From Escherichia coli (GTDB lineage: Bacteria; Pseudomonadota; Gammaproteobacteria; Enterobacterales; Enterobacteriaceae), in assembly GCF_003334355.1 (NCBI RefSeq), contig NZ_QOWP01000005.1: DNA of 64,000 bases. One strand, 5' to 3'. How positions within the stretch are numbered: the stretch's first letter is position 1; every line of letters begins with the position of its first letter. The notes under the pieces are model-generated. The model did not search any database. It was not told where the DNA came from and saw nothing but the letters and a program-made list of their open reading frames with translations. Shown in pieces: positions 61,704-64,000 of this stretch. Made by a program: the position numbers and the translations under genes.

Positions 61704-63719
61704 TCAGTGAAAAAATTGCCATTGCGTTATGCGATCGCGCAGACGCTCAGTGCGAACCTCATTAAGTGCGAACAGCGCCTGCGCGGCCTCTTCCCGCTGG
61801 CGAACCAGTAACATCTTGCGGCCTGAAAGTTTAAGTGTGGTACATAACTGCGCGTCGCTGACGTTTTTCTGTAAACGCCCACGCAGCGCCGGTAATGCCA
61901 GTTCACTGGTTTGTAGCATACGCAATAAGCAACCTAACGATGTTAATAGCGGACGATGAGCGAAAGCAAAACCGGCCAGTTCAAGCCAGTCGTCGTCAGA
62001 AAGGACGGCATCGTTTAGTGGATCAACAGGAAGCGTTTCGCCATTCCACTTTGCGAGAGCTTGCGCATCGCGACGTAAACGGTAATGCTCACGTTCAGCC
62101 AGTTGTTTACCCGCATTACTCATCGGTAACAGCGCCATCGCCGTATAGCAACCGCTGCTGGCTTCACGATGATTACCCATCCGCACCAGCACAAAACCGC
62201 AGCGGTGCCAGAAACGCCATAACTCCCCGGTGTAACCAAAACTCACCGAAAGATAGTCGAGGTCACGCGTATATTGCAAAGCACCAGCAATAAGTTGCTG
62301 CCCTGTGCCTTCCCGCTGACGCGCCGGATGAACTGCTATCCGGCTGACCCGCCGTCCACGCAATGTCGCTGCCAGTGGATTGCTACCGTGCGCCGCCAGC
62401 GACTGGGCCACCAGATTACCCCGCGGGCGACGAAAACCTGCCCATACCGCCTGACTGAGTTGTTGAGATAATCCCCCCTCATCCACCAGCCACAGCGCTC
62501 CGGCAATCTCGTTTTCGCCAGCCGCCTGTAAAAAATATTGCCCTGGTGCATCCATCATCCGGCGTAAATCCAGCGGCGAAGTCCGGTAGTGCGCACCAGA
62601 CAATAACTGATAAACCTTTAACGGCGTTTCTGGCTCGCTTCGCCATAACGTTTGTTCAAATGCGGAAATGACGATATTGCCTTGTGGTGTATGGGTGAAG
62701 TTTTCATCGTCAAAAACCAGTGCCTCACTAACCATTTTTTCCAGCGGGCATCCCTGTGCCCAGCGGATCGGCTGTTGCAGTTCAAAACGGTGTAAATGCG
62801 GAAAGCGAGCGCAAAATTTCAGCAAAAAACCACGTCCGGTGCCTTCGTAGCCCTGCACCGTAGTGGTTAACAACGTTCGAGGAAAACGCGATACCAGTTG
62901 ATGCAACAACGGCGCAGGTATGGCTGCGGCTTCGTCGACCACCAGCCAGTCGGCTTGCTCATCGCTGGCTAACAAGGCATCCGGCGCAATAAAGCGAAAC
63001 TTCTCGCCCGCAAATTGTGCCAGTACATCCGTTGCCGCTTTTGCGGGCGCGGTGACAATCGCACTGCCCGCAATACGAGAAATGAGTTGCCCTGCCAGCG
63101 CCGACTTACCGCGCCCACGCGCAGCCGTTACCGCTGCCACGCCCGGCGGCATGGTCAGTAGCTGCTGTAAGAGTTGCTGTTGTTCTGGTTGTGGTGCGCC
63201 GGTCGCGGGGTGCCAGTCAGTACGGGGAGTAAAATGCGCCAACGAGAACGGCTGGTTTTGCCGCCAGAGGATAGCGTCGTTATCCGCCGTAAGTACGCGT
63301 TTGAGATGCTGGACAAAATGCGGCGTCGCAATAGGGTCAGGGCAATCACTCCAGCGCAGCGAGTCGGCATCAGGTTGGTTTTCCCACTCTTCCCATACAG
63401 GGAGTAACAAAACCAGCCAGCTTCCCGCTTTCAACGTTCCGCTAAGTGCTGCAAAGGCAGCGGCATCAAAGCCGTGGCGGGCGTCGAATACCGCATGCCG
63501 GAACTCGCGCCCAAGTAAAGTTTGTAGTGCCGAGGGAGAACAGTGGTTTTCAGCATCTGGCTGCGGCGAAATCCACAGCCAGTCGCCAGGTAAGGCATCA
63601 CGTAACTTAAGCGCATGATCAAAACACCAACCCTCTTCCCCGCTCAACACCAGCAAGCGGCGGATCCCTTCACGTTTCATTTGCGCTGTTAATGTGTGAA
63701 GCGCAGTCAGTTCAGCCAT
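61704..63719 (-). CDS. tmcA: tRNA(Met) cytidine acetyltransferase
   Basis: 671 aa; helicase-like P-loop GRGKSALAG plus C-terminal GNAT domain. Confidence 0.93.
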   Translation of the reverse strand: MAELTALHTLTAQMKREGIRRLLVLSGEEGWCFDHALKLRDALPGDWLWISPQPDAENHCSPSALQTLLGREFRHAVFDARHGFDAAAFAALSGTLKAGSWLVLLLPVWEEWENQPDADSLRWSDCPDPIATPHFVQHLKRVLTADNDAILWRQNQPFSLAHFTPRTDWHPATGAPQPEQQQLLQQLLTMPPGVAAVTAARGRGKSALAGQLISRIAGSAIVTAPAKAATDVLAQFAGEKFRFIAPDALLASDEQADWLVVDEAAAIPAPLLHQLVSRFPRTLLTTTVQGYEGTGRGFLLKFCARFPHLHRFELQQPIRWAQGCPLEKMVSEALVFDDENFTHTPQGNIVISAFEQTLWRSEPETPLKVYQLLSGAHYRTSPLDLRRMMDAPGQYFLQAAGENEIAGALWLVDEGGLSQQLSQAVWAGFRRPRGNLVAQSLAAHGSNPLAATLRGRRVSRIAVHPARQREGTGQQLIAGALQYTRDLDYLSVSFGYTGELWRFWHRCGFVLVRMGNHREASSGCYTAMALLPMSNAGKQLAEREHYRLRRDAQALAKWNGETLPVDPLNDAVLSDDDWLELAGFAFAHRPLLTSLGCLLRMLQTSELALPALRGRLQKNVSDAQLCTTLKLSGRKMLLVRQREEAAQALFALNEVRTERLRDRITQWQFFH

Positions 63720-63733
63720 CCCTGCCCCGGAAG

Positions 63734-64000
63734 TTAAATGCTTTTACCAAAAGTATTGCATTGTGCCGGATCGCCGCTGTCGAAACCACGTTTAAACCAG
63801 CTGTAGCGTTGCTGAGAAGTGCCATGAGTGAAACTGTCTGGTACTACTCGCCCCTGACTTTGCTGTTGTAAACGGTCATCGCCGATGGCCTGCGCCGCGT
63901 TCAGCGCCTCTTCCAGATCGCCGGTTTCCAGAACGCCTTGCTGCTGCATACTATGCCCCCAGACACCGGCAAAACAGTCGGCCTGGAGTTCCATACGCAC
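63734..64000 (-). CDS. ypfJ: Putative zinc-metallopeptidase-like protein YpfJ, 3' portion only (gene continues beyond window)
   Basis: C-terminal 88 aa ...[32 protein letters not shown]; 5' end lies outside the window. Confidence 0.8.

Overview
This 64-kb window is a conserved Escherichia coli-type chromosomal segment, and I found no convincing candidate for a novel or undescribed system. Gene order runs: tRNA-Val/tRNA-Lys -> yfeR-yfeH-ypeB -> ligA-zipA -> cysZ-cysK -> ptsH-ptsI-crr -> pdxK-yfeK-yfeS -> cysM-A-W-U-P -> ucpA -> murR/murQ-murP -> yfeW-yfeX-yfeY-yfeZ-ypeA -> amiA-hemF -> complete ethanolamine-utilisation (eut) microcompartment operon of 17 genes -> maeB -> talA-tktB -> ypfG-nudK-aegA -> narQ -> acrD -> ypfM -> yffB-dapE-ypfN -> ypfH-tmcA-ypfJ (partial). 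Essentially all coding capacity is explained by these genes; no integrase, transposase, toxin-antitoxin, restriction or CRISPR signature was seen. The only clearly variable spot is the 600 bp just downstream of tRNA-Lys: a perfect 61-bp duplication of the tRNA 3' end plus terminator, followed by a FlxA-like coiled-coil ORF where, from memory, K-12 carries xapR-xapB-xapA-yfeN. The eut operon is uninterrupted at the eutB/eutA junction. Gene names rest on recognition of the translated ORFs and their lengths; no database search was run. Coordinates follow the supplied ORF track, but many starts were moved to an internal ATG/GTG to match the expected protein N-terminus. Short features located by hand may be off by 1 nt.
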